A stretch of 64,000 bases of DNA from Basidiobolus meristosporus CBS 931.73 (GCA_002104905.1 MCFE01000210.1:63777-127776); one strand, 5' to 3'; positions 16,101 to 28,547 are shown, counted from the stretch's first letter. Made by a program: numbers and translations. The notes: a model not told the origin generated them from the sequence alone.

Positions 16101-16921
16101 GGGACAAGGTTTACATCTTCATGGAGTATTGCCAAGGCGGCTCTCTCACCAGTCTACTCGAGCACGGCCGTATAGAAGATGAGAACGTAGTCAAGGTGTA
16201 CACCCTCCAGATGTTGCATGGGCTGGAATACCTCCACGAAAACAGCATCGTGCACAGGGATGTCAAGCCGGATAACATCCTATTGGATCACAACGGTCTC
16301 ATCAAATTCGTGGACTTTGGCGCCGCCAAGGTGATTGCTAAAAACCAAAAGACCATGGGACGTGCCACAAACAACCAGCAGATGAAGGTCAATAGCTTGA
16401 CCGGAACACCCATGTACATGGCCCCAGAAGTCATCACTGGTGGGGATCGTGGGCGTCAAGGCTCGCAGGATATCTGGTCGCTCGGATGCTGTATCCTTGA
16501 GATGACTACTGGGCGCCGACCATGGTCCAATTTAGACAACGAGTGGGCAGTGATGTATCATGTGGTAACGGGACATCCGCCGCTCCCTGATCCATCCCAA
16601 CTGAGTGAGGTTGGAATGGATTTCTTAAAGAAATGCTTTACTCGATCCCCCTCAAAGCGCCCTACAGCACAAGAGCTCTTGCAGCACCCATGGGTCAAAG
16701 ACATCAAGGATGTCAACATGGATCAGCGGTGGTCAGCTGCCTTGGCCACTGGCCTGGTGAATGGCTCGCCGACGAACTCACTTGCTGGCATGCCTTCGCT
16801 ACCCAGCATGGGGGCTTCATCGACCACTACCTCAACCGGATTGTCCACCATTCCGGAGGAGGGGATTGTGAACCCCTTTAGACAAATCGAGGCCGCTAAC
16901 GGCTTATCATCCCAAAAATGA
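13141..16921 (+). CDS. SSK2: SSK2/Wis4/MEKK4-type MAP kinase kinase kinase
   Basis: ERLEWRGMLASVLTGEVIKSEK N-terminal block; RWQQGKFIGGGTFGSVY, MAVKEV, HRDVKPDNIL, DFGAAK, SLTGTPMYMAPE, WAVMYHV. One 3.75-kb exon. Confidence 0.95.
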
Positions 16922-17239
16922 ATCACCTGATAAATACACGGCATTTACGTAATTAATCCTCCTTTCGACCTTACATTGGCTTTTCTTTACTACTCCTAGT
17001 ATCTCCACATCTGTCCGTCTCCACACCTGCCTGCGTCTATTATTTTCTGAAATGAAGGATCACGGATCACCGATGTCTAACTGATACTATCAATGAATGT
17101 GATGATTAGTTTAATTTTGATGTTGATGAGATGGGCCCCTGTGTACATGGAGGCGTGACTGAATTTGACGCCATCGTCTTCTCCTTGAAAGCCCCATATA
17201 TAGAAATTATTTTTCAAGTCACATCCGTATCTTGACGTT

Positions 17240-18799
17240 ATGTGCCGCTTCCTATTGTACAAAGGCAAGTCGCCAGTATTGATCGCTGATGTAAGTGAGA
17301 GTTCTTGAGCTGAGCCGTTGGATTCATCTCCTCATGCTTGTTGTTGTCCTTTACAAGTTATTGACCCGTCCCGCGCACTCCATCATCAACCAGTCCTACG
17401 ACTCTCGGCTCAGGATAGACACAACAAGGCCCCTGAATGGTACAGTCTAGGCCTTCTCAGCTTCGAATCTGCTTACTTTCCTCTAATCAGTAAACATGCT
17501 TTAGGTGACGGTTTTGGTGTTGGTTTGTTCTTTTCAGCTGTGCTCGCAGAGATGGGGCGACTGTTAAAGCCACTTCGGTTTTAGGTTGGTACGAGTCAGA
17601 ACGTGACGAAAGCCCGGGCATATTCACCTCGACCCTGCCTGCCTGGAACAACGTAAATCTGACCCGCCTGGCGGAGAAGATAAGAAGCCCCTTGGTGTTC
17701 GCCCACGTCAGAGCCACCACGACTGGCTTGGCCTCCGAAGCAAACTGTAGGCCCTCCATCGTCATGATCTTTCCTGCATGGAAACTCACCCATCTACCCT
17801 CAGGTCATCCTTGGCAATATGGGAATCTCATGTGGATGCACAACGGAAATATTTCCGGATTCGATCAGGTAATCCCACTGTTACCAAATATTTGCTTCGC
17901 CTGAAACACTAAATTCTCGATTCTAGATCAGAAGAAGGCTATTATCCACACTTTCCGATGAATTATTCACTTTCGTACAAGGAACCACCGACTCGGAGTG
18001 CGCATTTGCATTATTTCTAAATCAGGTACCCATTCCTCCTGTTCTGTGGAGCAAACACCAAAACTTAGAGTTCACAGTTAGCACATCCCGAGAGCGCACA
18101 CCACTCACCTGAGGAGCTGAAGGAAGCAATGCTTCAAATGATCTCTCTTCTGAACGAGTGGACCCATGATGTTGGGGTTACCGAAGTAACTTTCAATCAG
18201 AGCATGCGTGTTGTTTCGCCATTTTAATTCCCACCTTCTAGCCCTCACTGATGAATTTTGCCGTGACGGATGGCAAGACAGTCGTCTGCACTCGATACAT
18301 CAGCTCGCCCACCCACGAAGCCGCGTCGTTGTACTTTTCATCAGGTGCGTCCACCACCTCCCCCATGTTCTCCACCGGCCGCGTTTGCTGACTTGCGTCT
18401 GCAGGAACTCGGTTTGAATCGTACAAACCAGGGTTTTACCGAATGGTAGGCGAGCGTTGAATGCCATCTTGGGATTTTCTAACATTCGTTGATATCTAGA
18501 TCAAGTCCGACAAGCGAGAGGACATAGTTGTCGTGGCATCTGGTAGGAGATTACTTCCCCTCCCCCCCCCCACACACACACCACTACTCGTGGACTATCG
18601 AGGCTGAATCAACATTTTCTTCATTACAGAACCCCTCACCTTTGAGCAGGCCGATTGGATTACCATCCCTACCAACACCTTGGTCGTCATCACACCCCGC
18701 TTCAACGTGCTCCTGTATCCTATCAAAGACGAGAACTACAATCCCTTCGGCCGACACACGCCGGTGGATCTCTCGTGTGTGTATGATTTCAAGCAATGA
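17240..18799 (+). CDS. DUG3: Class II glutamine amidotransferase of glutathione degradation (Dug3-like)
   Basis: MCRFLLYKG start with N-terminal nucleophile Cys; NGDGFGVGWY, PAWNN.NL, FAHVRA, WMHNG, QGTTDSE, NFAVTDG, VASEPLT across about 9 introns. Confidence 0.92.
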
Positions 18800-19015
18800 A
18801 CCGTCCCTGGTAGAACCCGATCCAGCCTCTAGTAGATGTCCACCATAATCTTTCTTAATTAAACACCAACCAGATTCAATATACACTCTTGCGGTTTAAT
18901 GATGGAATAGGAATATATATAGTAGCAATGTGCAACTGAATATCCGAGGATATCCATTTTTACATGATGAATGACTATGCTAAATGTGACGGGTGGACAA
19001 TCGGCTGAGATGCAC

Positions 19016-20929
19016 CTATTTCTTGAGAGTGCCGATGATGCACTCTGGCGAGTACTTCTCGACAACATTTGCTTCATGCAACATGTTGAACTCCTTGGTG
19101 GCATCCCGACCAGCGTAGAGTAGGATGGACTTTTTACCTCCAGGATGGTCACTCAAGAAGTCAGTCACATCAAGAACTTGTCCATTGACCGCTACCCAGC
19201 AATCCTTCTCGGTGTTATGTTTAGCGACTTCCTCAAGGGAGTACTCCTTCATTTCGACCTTCTTAGGTTGTTCCTTTGCCTCCTCAACTGGCTGGCTAGA
19301 ACCTCCGGGGGCCGATTGGAATCCATTGCCTTCCAATTTGATATCGAACTGAACTCGGTTTTCTTCGGGCACCACGTTCAGGTTGATTTTGGCTCCAAGC
19401 TGGTTGGCTAGGTTGACCAGACGTCTAACGGCCACCTCAGATTCAGAGCCGACCGAGGTTGATGAGGCAAGGTTCTGGAACATGTAACGAGAGGCGCTGT
19501 TACCGGCAACCCTACCGAATACAACACATCCGAGAAGAGAGCTGCCACCCAGACGATTGGCGCCATGGACGCCACCAGCCAATTCACCGCAGGCGAAAAG
19601 ACCTTGGATTAAGCCGTCATTTCCTTTAACTCTTGATTCGGGATCGATCTGAACGCCACCCATGGTATAGTGAAGGACGGGCGTCATCAGGGCAACATGG
19701 AAGTGATCATCCATTTTGAATGGAACGTTGTGGAAGAAACGCTTTCCGAATGGATCACTCTTCTTTTCAGCGAATCCATTGTATTGGTTGAATGTCTTCT
19801 CCAACACTTTAGGGTCGCAGCCGATCTCCTTGGCCAACTCTTGACCGCTAGCGAATTGTCTCATCAGGCCACGGCCTACGTAGTGCTTGCAATGCCACTC
19901 GAGGCTGTCCGACGCCTTGCTGTTGAGAATCAGACGGATTGGTGCCTTGGTCTTCCACATCTCACCAGTTACGTAGTCACGATGACCCAACTCATCACAG
20001 AAACGCTCTCCTTCGGCGTTGACCAAGATACCGCCCACACCACGAAGTGCTTCTGCGGCCAGGAACTTGACCTTGGCATCAGGGTCCTTTGGATCGATCA
20101 AACCGGTTGGGTGCACCTGGATCTTGTCCATATGAATCATACTTCCGCCTACCGAGATGGCCATCTTATGCCCATCACCGGTGGAGAAGTCGCCGTTGGA
20201 GGTTGGGAGATCCACCCATTCTGGGCGGTACTGCTTGATCAACGAGTTATCGGTGAAATCTGCGGCGAACCCGCCAGTGGCTAGAATGACGGGTCCGTAT
20301 TCGACGATCTTCTGTCCCTTCTTCTCGTACTCGATACCAATGACCGTGCCGCTGTCGTCACGGATAAGCTGGGTGGCTCTGGCTTTGGTGATGCATTGGA
20401 CGCGGTGCGGCTCGCTCTTGGCCAATTTCTCGAGTTTCTCCATGAGAGCGTAGGTGATGGTCATTCCCGGGAACTTCTCCTTACCACGATGGGTACGTTG
20501 GAAGGAATGACCGCCCAGACGGGAGAGGAGGGATAGATCCAGGCTGAATTTTTCCTGTAGCCACTCGATGGCAGATGCACTATCACCAGTCAACACCTTG
20601 ACCAACTCCGGCTGGATCAAATCTCTGGCGGATTTGGCAGTGTCCTCATAGAAAGCCTCAACCGAGTCCTATCGATGTAGATCAGTCAGTATCTGGATGG
20701 GTGGATGGATGGATGAGCCGGATCAGAGACTAACCTTAATCCCCTGTTTGATCTGCGTACGTGTCAAGGCTCCGTTGATTCCAGAGGTGGCCTTGGTCGA
20801 GTTACCTCCGTAGAACGAACTTTTGTCCAGCAGGATAACGTTGCCGCCGCACTCATAAACCGTATGAGCAGCAGCCAAGCCGGACAGACCACCCCCGACG
20901 ACGATTACCTTGTGATTTTGGGTCGACAT
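19016..20929 (-). CDS. OSM1: Soluble fumarate reductase (Osm1/Frd1 family) with C-terminal cytochrome b5 domain
   Basis: GGGLSGLAAA, GGNSTKATSGING, IQVHPTG, AAEALRGVGG, HYTMGG, GVHGANRLGGSSLL; b5 motif HPGG and EVAKHN..DCW. Intron 20669-20734. Confidence 0.92.
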
Positions 20930-22241
20930 CTCTGTGTGTGAAAAAGTCCCGGTTAGACGATGTGGTATGCGCAGCAGTGCAAGATGGTCAAGGTTACCTA
21001 CGAAGCGAATGAACAGTAATGATTGGATTTGATCTTCCCTCCGAACGATCAGCACCGCTTTTATCTTGTCCACCACCCACGGTACAAACCAATCTTACCA
21101 AAATGGTCGGTGGGACGAAAGAGTTTGGAAATATTCTCCCCAGATGAGAGGCTTAAGGAATCCATCCAGAGCCTATCGTACCTTTGCCATTGCGAGCGGT
21201 TCGACGACTAGTAAATCGGGGCCTTAAAACCTGGGGTGTGAAACACTTCCGAAACATTGGATTAATTAATCGTCCCTGGTCCCTGTATTTGGATAAATAC
21301 AGGCTCTCCACATATGCCAGTGGACGTCAATTCATCTAGCAATTTGCAGCATTCCAGCCGGCCCATTGTCAGGGTCTAGAGCTGGGCGGGTGTCCAATCT
21401 GGCATCTGATATAACTCTTCGGAAGTCGGCTCGAGTCCAGACTGAGGCCGCGGTGCTTAGGCATAACAAAGCCCACAATCCACCTTGACCATTCGAAATC
21501 AAACTTAAAATCGTTGGTTAAGTAAAATCCCAAAAAGTCGCTACCTGTTTACTTCGTTGAGTATATTTGTTTGGTCTGGAGCTGCCACTCATACGACTAC
21601 TTATGTGGATGGTGTTGGGCGGGGCCTGAGGTCGCCGCATTGTGTAAGGCTTGTATAGTGGAGGGTGCCATTGTAAACTTCCTCATCGCTTAAATAAACG
21701 GTGCTGGAATGGCCCGCTTGGCGCATTTTTATCATCGGGGGATTGAATGATTCCATACCAGCCTTCCATTCTCGCATTCCCACATCCGTTCATCCTCTCA
21801 TTGTAACAGCCATCACAGTGGGAAGATAAATTCCACCTTTTACTGATGTATGTATGCGTATCGATGTGTATCAATGCGTATCAATGCCAATTTCTAGTAA
21901 TTCTCTTGTCAATCCATGGCATCACATGATCGCAGAAGTGACGCATCGGTTACCCAGGTTGAGAGCATCAATCATAAGGTCTACAAAGTGGCACCCCACT
22001 CAATTATTACTGATTAGCAACAAGTCTGTATGTTCCACATCAAGATGAGTGAGGGAATTGTTGAGCACTGTGGCTTAGTCACAACTCACGTCAACACTAC
22101 AGGTGTATAGAGTCCCACTGTGATGGGAAGAAAAACGCAGTTGCGGTGTGAGATTTAGGGGGGTTCAGGTGGGTTCAGGGGGATCTATAAAAGAGGGCTT
22201 ATTGCCGCACCTAACGAACTGAACTCCTTTCCCATCTCACA

Positions 22242-22460
22242 ATGAACACAGTCATCGCTCGCAGTGCTATCCGGTCTCGCTCAACCATCCTTGGAAACCT
22301 CCGTAGAAGTGACTATCATTTTGAGAACGTCAAGGGAGAAAACATGCCATTCTCGTACAAGAGCCGTCGTGCCTTCGCCGTAAAGATGACCGCTTTCTGT
22401 GGCCTTGGCTTTGCTTTGCCTTTTATTTCCTCCTACTGGCAGCTGTCCAAGAGCCAATGA
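22242..22460 (+). CDS. COX7C: Cytochrome c oxidase subunit VIIc (yeast Cox8)
   Basis: 72 aa; presequence-like N-terminus, then HFENVKGENMPF...FCGLGFALPF...WQLSK; TATAAAA at about 22186. Confidence 0.88.
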   Translation: MNTVIARSAIRSRSTILGNLRRSDYHFENVKGENMPFSYKSRRAFAVKMTAFCGLGFALPFISSYWQLSKSQ

Positions 22461-22780
22461 TGGGATGGATTGTAAATGTACCCAAATAAATCCTTTTTAT
22501 AACTCACTTCTATGTTGCTTTCGTCAATGGGCAGGGTACGCTACTTAAATACTTTGACTGTTTACTTGGCTTAGATTCCCGGAATATTTGTGGGAAAACC
22601 AAGCCAAGTCCCAACAGTGTTGCTGAACTAAGCCTACTCGCCTAATCAGAAGCCATTGACCAACCCCTCTATTGCCAAATATGGCAATCCCATTAGAACC
22701 ACTTCGGCTTGGAGGAGCATACAAGGCTCTAGCTATGTATAAATATCATTCTTGCTACCTTGAGTTGACTAAGCGCACCC

Positions 22781-23275
22781 ATGACTACTGCAGTAAGAAA
22801 CCCATTTCGTAAAGACGGGAATGAGCCCTTAGGTGTGATCTACTGCTCCCAAGTCACCCGATGGACAACCCTAAGCCTCTGCCGGATCTTTACCCAGGAT
22901 GCGCCGCTGTTTACAAATCCGTTTCGCCGTATCATCAATTGGAACGAGGTAGAGTGTTTGTTGGAGCGCATTCAATTACCGTTGCCTACAGTGTTTCTAG
23001 GCATATATTACCTAAATGCATTCAAGCAACGATGTGGGAATATAAGTGGAGAGTTTAAACAGCTTTATCTGATCAAACATCTCTTGCCACTGGGATTGAT
23101 GATTGCCATGAAATACCTGGATGATTCCCCATATTCCACGCGCTATTGGGCTAGCATCATGGGACTGAACCTTGAGGCGGTGAAGGCCATGGAAAGAAGG
23201 TTCCTGCGCATCATTGACTATGACCTATTCATCACCAAGGAGCAACTGGAAGGGTGGATGAAATGTTCAAGATGA
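22781..23275 (+). CDS. Pho80/PCL-like cyclin
   Basis: LPLPTVFLGIYYL, MIAMKYLDDSPYSTRYWASIMG, AMERRFLRIIDYDLFI; intronless; TATAAATA at about 22737. Confidence 0.85.
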   Translation: MTTAVRNPFRKDGNEPLGVIYCSQVTRWTTLSLCRIFTQDAPLFTNPFRRIINWNEVECLLERIQLPLPTVFLGIYYLNAFKQRCGNISGEFKQLYLIKHLLPLGLMIAMKYLDDSPYSTRYWASIMGLNLEAVKAMERRFLRIIDYDLFITKEQLEGWMKCSR

Positions 23276-23423
23276 TGCCCTGTGGAGGTTGACTAATCAT
23301 TTTCATGTAAATTCTCATCAAATAAACTTATCAGTAGACTGCTTAATTGGAATGAAAAATTTTCCCTCTCCATCCTATTAGTGGGCTTGGTGGTTAGTGC
23401 TTGTCAGTAGCATCTATCCAAGA

Positions 23424-24883
23424 ATGCAGTCGCTTATACGTGCCCTGGCTATTCCTTCGCTGAGACAGTGTCCACTGCCATTTCGCGGCTTCTCAACGAC
23501 CGCGGTGTCGTGGGATAGACGTGGCTCAAGGGTGGAGCTCGGAGTTGATGTTCACCAGGCCGAAGGTAAGATAGTGTACTCAAGAATATTATGACTTGGC
23601 TCACATACAAAAACACCAGTCTGGGTGGTGTAATGAAATGCCTCGGCTATTCAGCTCGAAATTATTGCCAGTGTTAAAGCCTTATCTGTGGTAGATTGGA
23701 CCGCATACAAGCCCTCACCTGGGCTTACTTTCCAGGAGGGGGATTTGGTATTGCTACGGGATCGCTCCAAAGGCATGAAAACGTTGGTAGGACCTGTAAC
23801 TGCCGAAGGTTCGTATTTTTCTATGAATTGCAACGATCCCCCGTCTTTTGACACTCTGCTCACGTTTGGTTCAGGTGTTGTAGGAAGTCACCTTGGCCAG
23901 ATCAAGCACTCCCAAATCATTGGCCAATTACCACGTACTGAGGTCAGAACACACAAAGGAAAGCCGTTTACTATTCACAAGCCCACGCTAGAAGAGTAAG
24001 TTCAGTGTAAAAAATCCCCACCTCGTACGTGGCCGATGCTAAGAGCCTGCATCTAGATTCGTTCTGTTAGCACCAAGACACGCCACCCCATCCTACCCCA
24101 AGGATGCAAATATGATGGTATATTTCCTCAAAAGCTCTCTCCATAATACACGGATTTCTGACCATCTTTCACACCAATAAGACCATGATGCTGGACGTAT
24201 TTCCGGGGGCCAGGATCCTCGAAGCAGGCACAGGAAACGGCGGGTTAACTCTATTCTTGGCGCGTAGCGCATGCATCAACACTTTGGAGGGCAAACAGGG
24301 GAAGATTGATACCATAGATATTCGTGAAGAGCACTCGAGAAAGGCTCAGCAGCTCATTGCGAAATTCGAGCGGGGATATTACTCGCAGTTTATTCAGTTT
24401 AAAGTGGGCACGCTGAGCCAATCCCTGAATGACCACCCACCCACCGAACCCTACGATGGAATAGCTCTCGATATGCCCGAGCCTTGGGTAGAATTGCCCT
24501 CCGCCCTAAAGTGGCTGAAAAATGACAGGTTCTTGGTTTGCTATATCCCCAATGTAACACAGGTGTTACAGCTGCTGAGCACCGTAAGAAAGTACAAATA
24601 CCCTTTGGCACTAGAGAGTGTTCAAGAGTTGAACCTTAGAGAATGGGATATCAGGCCTACGTACTTGAAGGCCAAACGTCCGGTCGATCAAGAGATACCC
24701 GACGCACCAGAGTCTGGTGTGATCCAACCTATTGAGGAGATAGAGCCATGGGTGTGTAGACCTACCCATGATCCATCCGGACATACAGCATTTTTGGTCA
24801 AATTAAGAAAGTGTATCAATATCAGAGTAGAAGCAGAAGCAGAAGCAGAAACACAAGTAGAAGCAAATGAAGCATCATCATAG
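23424..24883 (+). CDS. tRNA m1A58 methyltransferase, TrmI/TRMT61B-type, probably mitochondrial
   Basis: Presequence-like MQSLIRALAIPSLRQCPLPFRGFST; EGDLVLL, ATPSYPKD, ILEAGTGNGGLT, ALDMPEPW, HTAFLV; spliced. Confidence 0.85.
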
Positions 24884-25237
24884 ACCTGTTCACCCCTATC
24901 ACTTCATTCATACCGCATCCACCCAATAAACCAGTCACTTCAGGAAACGCTCTCTTTATTGATTGAACTACGGTTGTGTCTGGACAACCAATGAGGATTA
25001 AATTATTGCATGCCGAGGATGACAGGGTGGCAGTGATATAAACTACTTATCGGTCGCTTAGTTATACATGAAGTTGCTAAAAATCTGGATTTACAATTGG
25101 AATACTGGCTGGATTACGGGGGTTGTGAGGAAAGAGAGCCGACAAGGAAGTTGGAATGTCACTTTACAGAAATAAGAATAAAAAATATGGATTTCAGTAA
25201 GCCAGCACTAAAATTTCGTCAACCAACCGAGTTGGTT

Positions 25238-25822
25238 CTAACACGTCGTCTGGGAGGCTCTGGCCCAGACGGACAGTGTGGCGGGGATGGATGCCGGGGA
25301 TTTCTTGGGAGACCTGGCTGGTTCACGGTACCTCATGTACTGCTCGATGTAGAGTAGCCATTGGGAGAATTCCTCCTGGGTGACATGGACGTCGTATTGG
25401 AGCGTGGCTAGAAAGCTCCGCTCTAGCGAATTTAGCTCCTCGCAGGAAATCCCGGTGATCTGGGACCAGGTTTCGTTGGTGTAGGTGCAGTCCTCCAGCA
25501 TCTTGTGGGAGAGGATCAATGCGACCACGAATTGCTTCGCTTCCGAGAAGTCGCCCCCGTGAGGATGGCTGGCGCATTTGCCGAACTTCTGGAGATATTT
25601 CAAGGCCAGGAGTATGATGGCCGGGCTGGCGTCGCTATGAGAGATGACATTCCGGCAGAAGTTGCGAAACACCGGGTTTGGGGTGGGGGTCTGACTGCCA
25701 GTTAACCTCCAGCACCACATCTGGTTCACCATTTGCGTGACGAAGTCCGAAATAAGCGAGTGGCTACCAGTGAGGTGGGAGAGGTATGGGGAGGTTTTGA
25801 AGCTGAATTGGGTGGTGAACAT
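25238..25822 (-). CDS. Pho80/PCL-like cyclin
   Basis: SPAIILLALKYL, ALILSHKMLEDCTYTNETWSQITG, LNSLERSFLATLQYDVHV; intronless. Confidence 0.88.
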   Translation of the reverse strand: MFTTQFSFKTSPYLSHLTGSHSLISDFVTQMVNQMWCWRLTGSQTPTPNPVFRNFCRNVISHSDASPAIILLALKYLQKFGKCASHPHGGDFSEAKQFVVALILSHKMLEDCTYTNETWSQITGISCEELNSLERSFLATLQYDVHVTQEEFSQWLLYIEQYMRYREPARSPKKSPASIPATLSVWARASQTTC

Positions 25823-26882
25823 GATAATATATAATAAACAAGGCTAGTAATGTATGTTGAAATCTATGCAAAAACGTAACCACTAAAGCTGTGTTTGGCA
25901 ATGGAGGGAAGGAACGCTGCTGCTTATATACCTAGATGGGTGTTGATCATTACTGAGCTGATTTGGAATCATTTTGTTTGGATCGGACAGTAGAGTAGAG
26001 TACAATCTAAGCATATGATCAGAAATGACAGGTTTGATGGCAATAGGCGCAATCAATAGGGTTTCTTGACAGTAGAAATGAAGCGAGCATCTGTAGAGTT
26101 GACAATGCCTCCGGTTGTGCTTTCTAATAATTCTATTTTCTGAGGCAACAATCGAATGCATCGCGGAGCCTAAGATCTCCACCATCCGCTTGGGGACGCC
26201 TGCTTGGTGGGGGAATCTATGATCAGTGCAGCTTGCTAAATCCCCGGCCATCACATTCTCATCGCAGGATTCCACTGCAAGCAATAGTAAAATAGACTGG
26301 CTTATAGTGTTGACGCCGACATCTGCTCACCCACACTGGAGGGTGTGCTTGTGCTTACGCTATGACGCCAAACAAAGGGTAGCACACAATTTCTGACAGC
26401 CTGCCAATCGCTCCCTCTGGCAAAACCCCATGGCTCCTCCAAAGCAGGAGCAGTAGATTCCTAGTTGCGTCCATAATTAGCACTTCTGATTAAGGGATGA
26501 GTGCTATCCGCCTACTTCACATCCCCCGCCCCCTGGTCACCAAACATACGGGATGCTTATGCATTTATTGGGGGTTGAGGCAGCTCTCCAGTGGGATCAC
26601 CCAGTGTGCACATTGGGGAACAGCATAAAATGATGAAAGAGGTGATGGATTCCAATTAGGAGATTTTCCTGCTTTAATTGTGGGGGGGGTGAGGGAAGCA
26701 TCGCATCAAACATCGACGGCTACCCCAATGACGAGATGCTTCCTTTATGCAGCTGGCGCATACTTGATGAACTCTGCGCACTGCTCATCTCCCTACCAAG
26801 ATGATTGACGATACACGCTCTTTTCGCTAAACTTTGTGATTGATTTTGTTTATTTTTATGTGTAGATTTACAGCAGTTGATT

Positions 26883-28547
26883 CTATGGAAGGTAATCCCC
26901 ATGAACATCGATTCCTCTCATGTGGAGTTTTTTCATGGTACCCTCGTCACCACGAGTTTGTGGGGTGTTCTTCTTCAAACTAGCCGTAATCGAGTCCAAG
27001 TCCAAGCTTAGGTAGTTGCGTATGAACCTACCAATCTCGGTATTCTCATGATTGCCGGCCAACTGATGCGAGTCAGCACCATAGGCATACAGGTTTACAT
27101 CGACTCCAGTATGTCCATGGGTAGTCCAGCCCAACTCCGCTCGAACGCTGACCATCTCAGAAAGATGATGGGCGTAGTCAGAGGCGCCGTGCTTGTTCCC
27201 CAGGAAATCAAGCTCCTCCTTCGTGGCATCCGTAATCCCTAGTTGCTCCTTAACCATGCCGCTGGCAAACTCCCTTCGGTCCTCTTTATCGTATGTAAAG
27301 AGCATCTGCCCCAATGCGAACGATGATTTCTTGCATTTCGAGATTACTTCAGGATACCAGATATACTTGGGATAACTGGTTGTTACCTGGCGACCCACAG
27401 TGAACCCACCAGTTTCGTGGTCACTCACCGAAATCATGACGGTTCCTGGATTGGCGTCAACATACTTCTTCACGGTAGCGACGGTGTCTTGATAAGCAAG
27501 GATTTCGTGAAGGTGGCCAACTGGGTCGTTTTCATGCGCCGCCATATCTATACGGCTGCCCTCGACCATTAGGAAGAACCCTTTGTCGCTCTTCTCAGTA
27601 GATTTGCTCAACAAATCCAGCGCTTTTTGGGTCATTTCACTGAGCGAAGGTTGTGCTACCGGATCGCGGTCGATGTCATAGTCCATATGATCGAGAGCAA
27701 AGAGTCCCAACAAGGGAAATGAGCTGTCTGTTCGGAGATTATCGAATTCCTTTCTAGACTGAATATATCCAAATCCGCCCTTCTGCGCCTGTTGGATCAG
27801 ATCCTTCTCATCCGGTCGGCAACTCCCTTCGGTAGTATTGGGTAAGAAGAAGCACTTTCCACCCCCAAACATTACATCCACGGTAGGCCCCAATACGTAA
27901 TCCCAATTTGTTGTTCGGCGATAAGGTGCTCCAAGTTACGGTGAACGACATGGGAGGAGAACGAGGCCGGTGTTGCATGTGTGATACGGCTCGTCACAAC
28001 TAGTCCCGTAAGTAGCCCGTTGGCCTTGGCAGCCTCGAGAACAGTACCACAAGGTACCTCATCAGAATCTACCCCAATAGCGTTGTTGTAGGTTTTCATG
28101 ATGCAAGAGATAGCAGTGGCTCCAGCCGCGGAATCAGTAATCATACTGGAGTTTGAACGGGTTCTGGATGCGCCAACTAGAATGCTGTCCAGTGGTGTTT
28201 CGTAATCGACCGGGAGATTTTTTGACCACTGATAGTATAGACGAGAATAAGTCTCGGAAGCAGGGCCGAAGCCGTCGGATATCATCATAATCACATTCCG
28301 CTTGGGCTCAACTAAGTAAACCGATATCAATATTTGTCATTGGTAACGATACGAGGAAGCCCGACTTACCATTGAAACTATAATGTAAAAGTATGATACA
28401 ACCCACGAATAGGCTTATAATTACAGTAAATGCCAAATAAAATAGAGGGTTCCTTCGAATTGGACGAGAGCGGTTGTTGATAAACTCCTCTCTCTCCTCA
28501 TTCGAGGAGCTTGACAAAGTGTCGTAAATTACAGTTCCTTTCGCCAT
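26883..28547 (-). CDS. PHO8: Vacuolar-type alkaline phosphatase; one frameshift at about 27903 in this sequence
   Basis: N-terminal TM; MISDGFG, TDSAAGATA, HATPASF, FFLMVEGSRIDMAAHEND, DHETGG, GHTGVDV. Frame breaks between QIG and LGPTVDV with no room for an intron. Confidence 0.88.

Noticed and set aside
19016-20929. Fumarate reductase-cytochrome b5 fusion as a novelty
   Set aside because: This architecture is already known in fungi.
21858-21887. Three copies of a 10-mer (GTATCRATGY)
   Set aside because: Short simple slippage repeat with no further structure.
21100-22240. ncRNA or riboswitch in the OSM1/COX7C intergenic region
   Set aside because: No tRNA, snRNA, SRP, RNase P/MRP or TPP signature could be identified by eye.
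25883-26284. 133-codon ORF upstream of the second cyclin
   Set aside because: It starts at TTG, spans the putative TATA box and shows no protein features.
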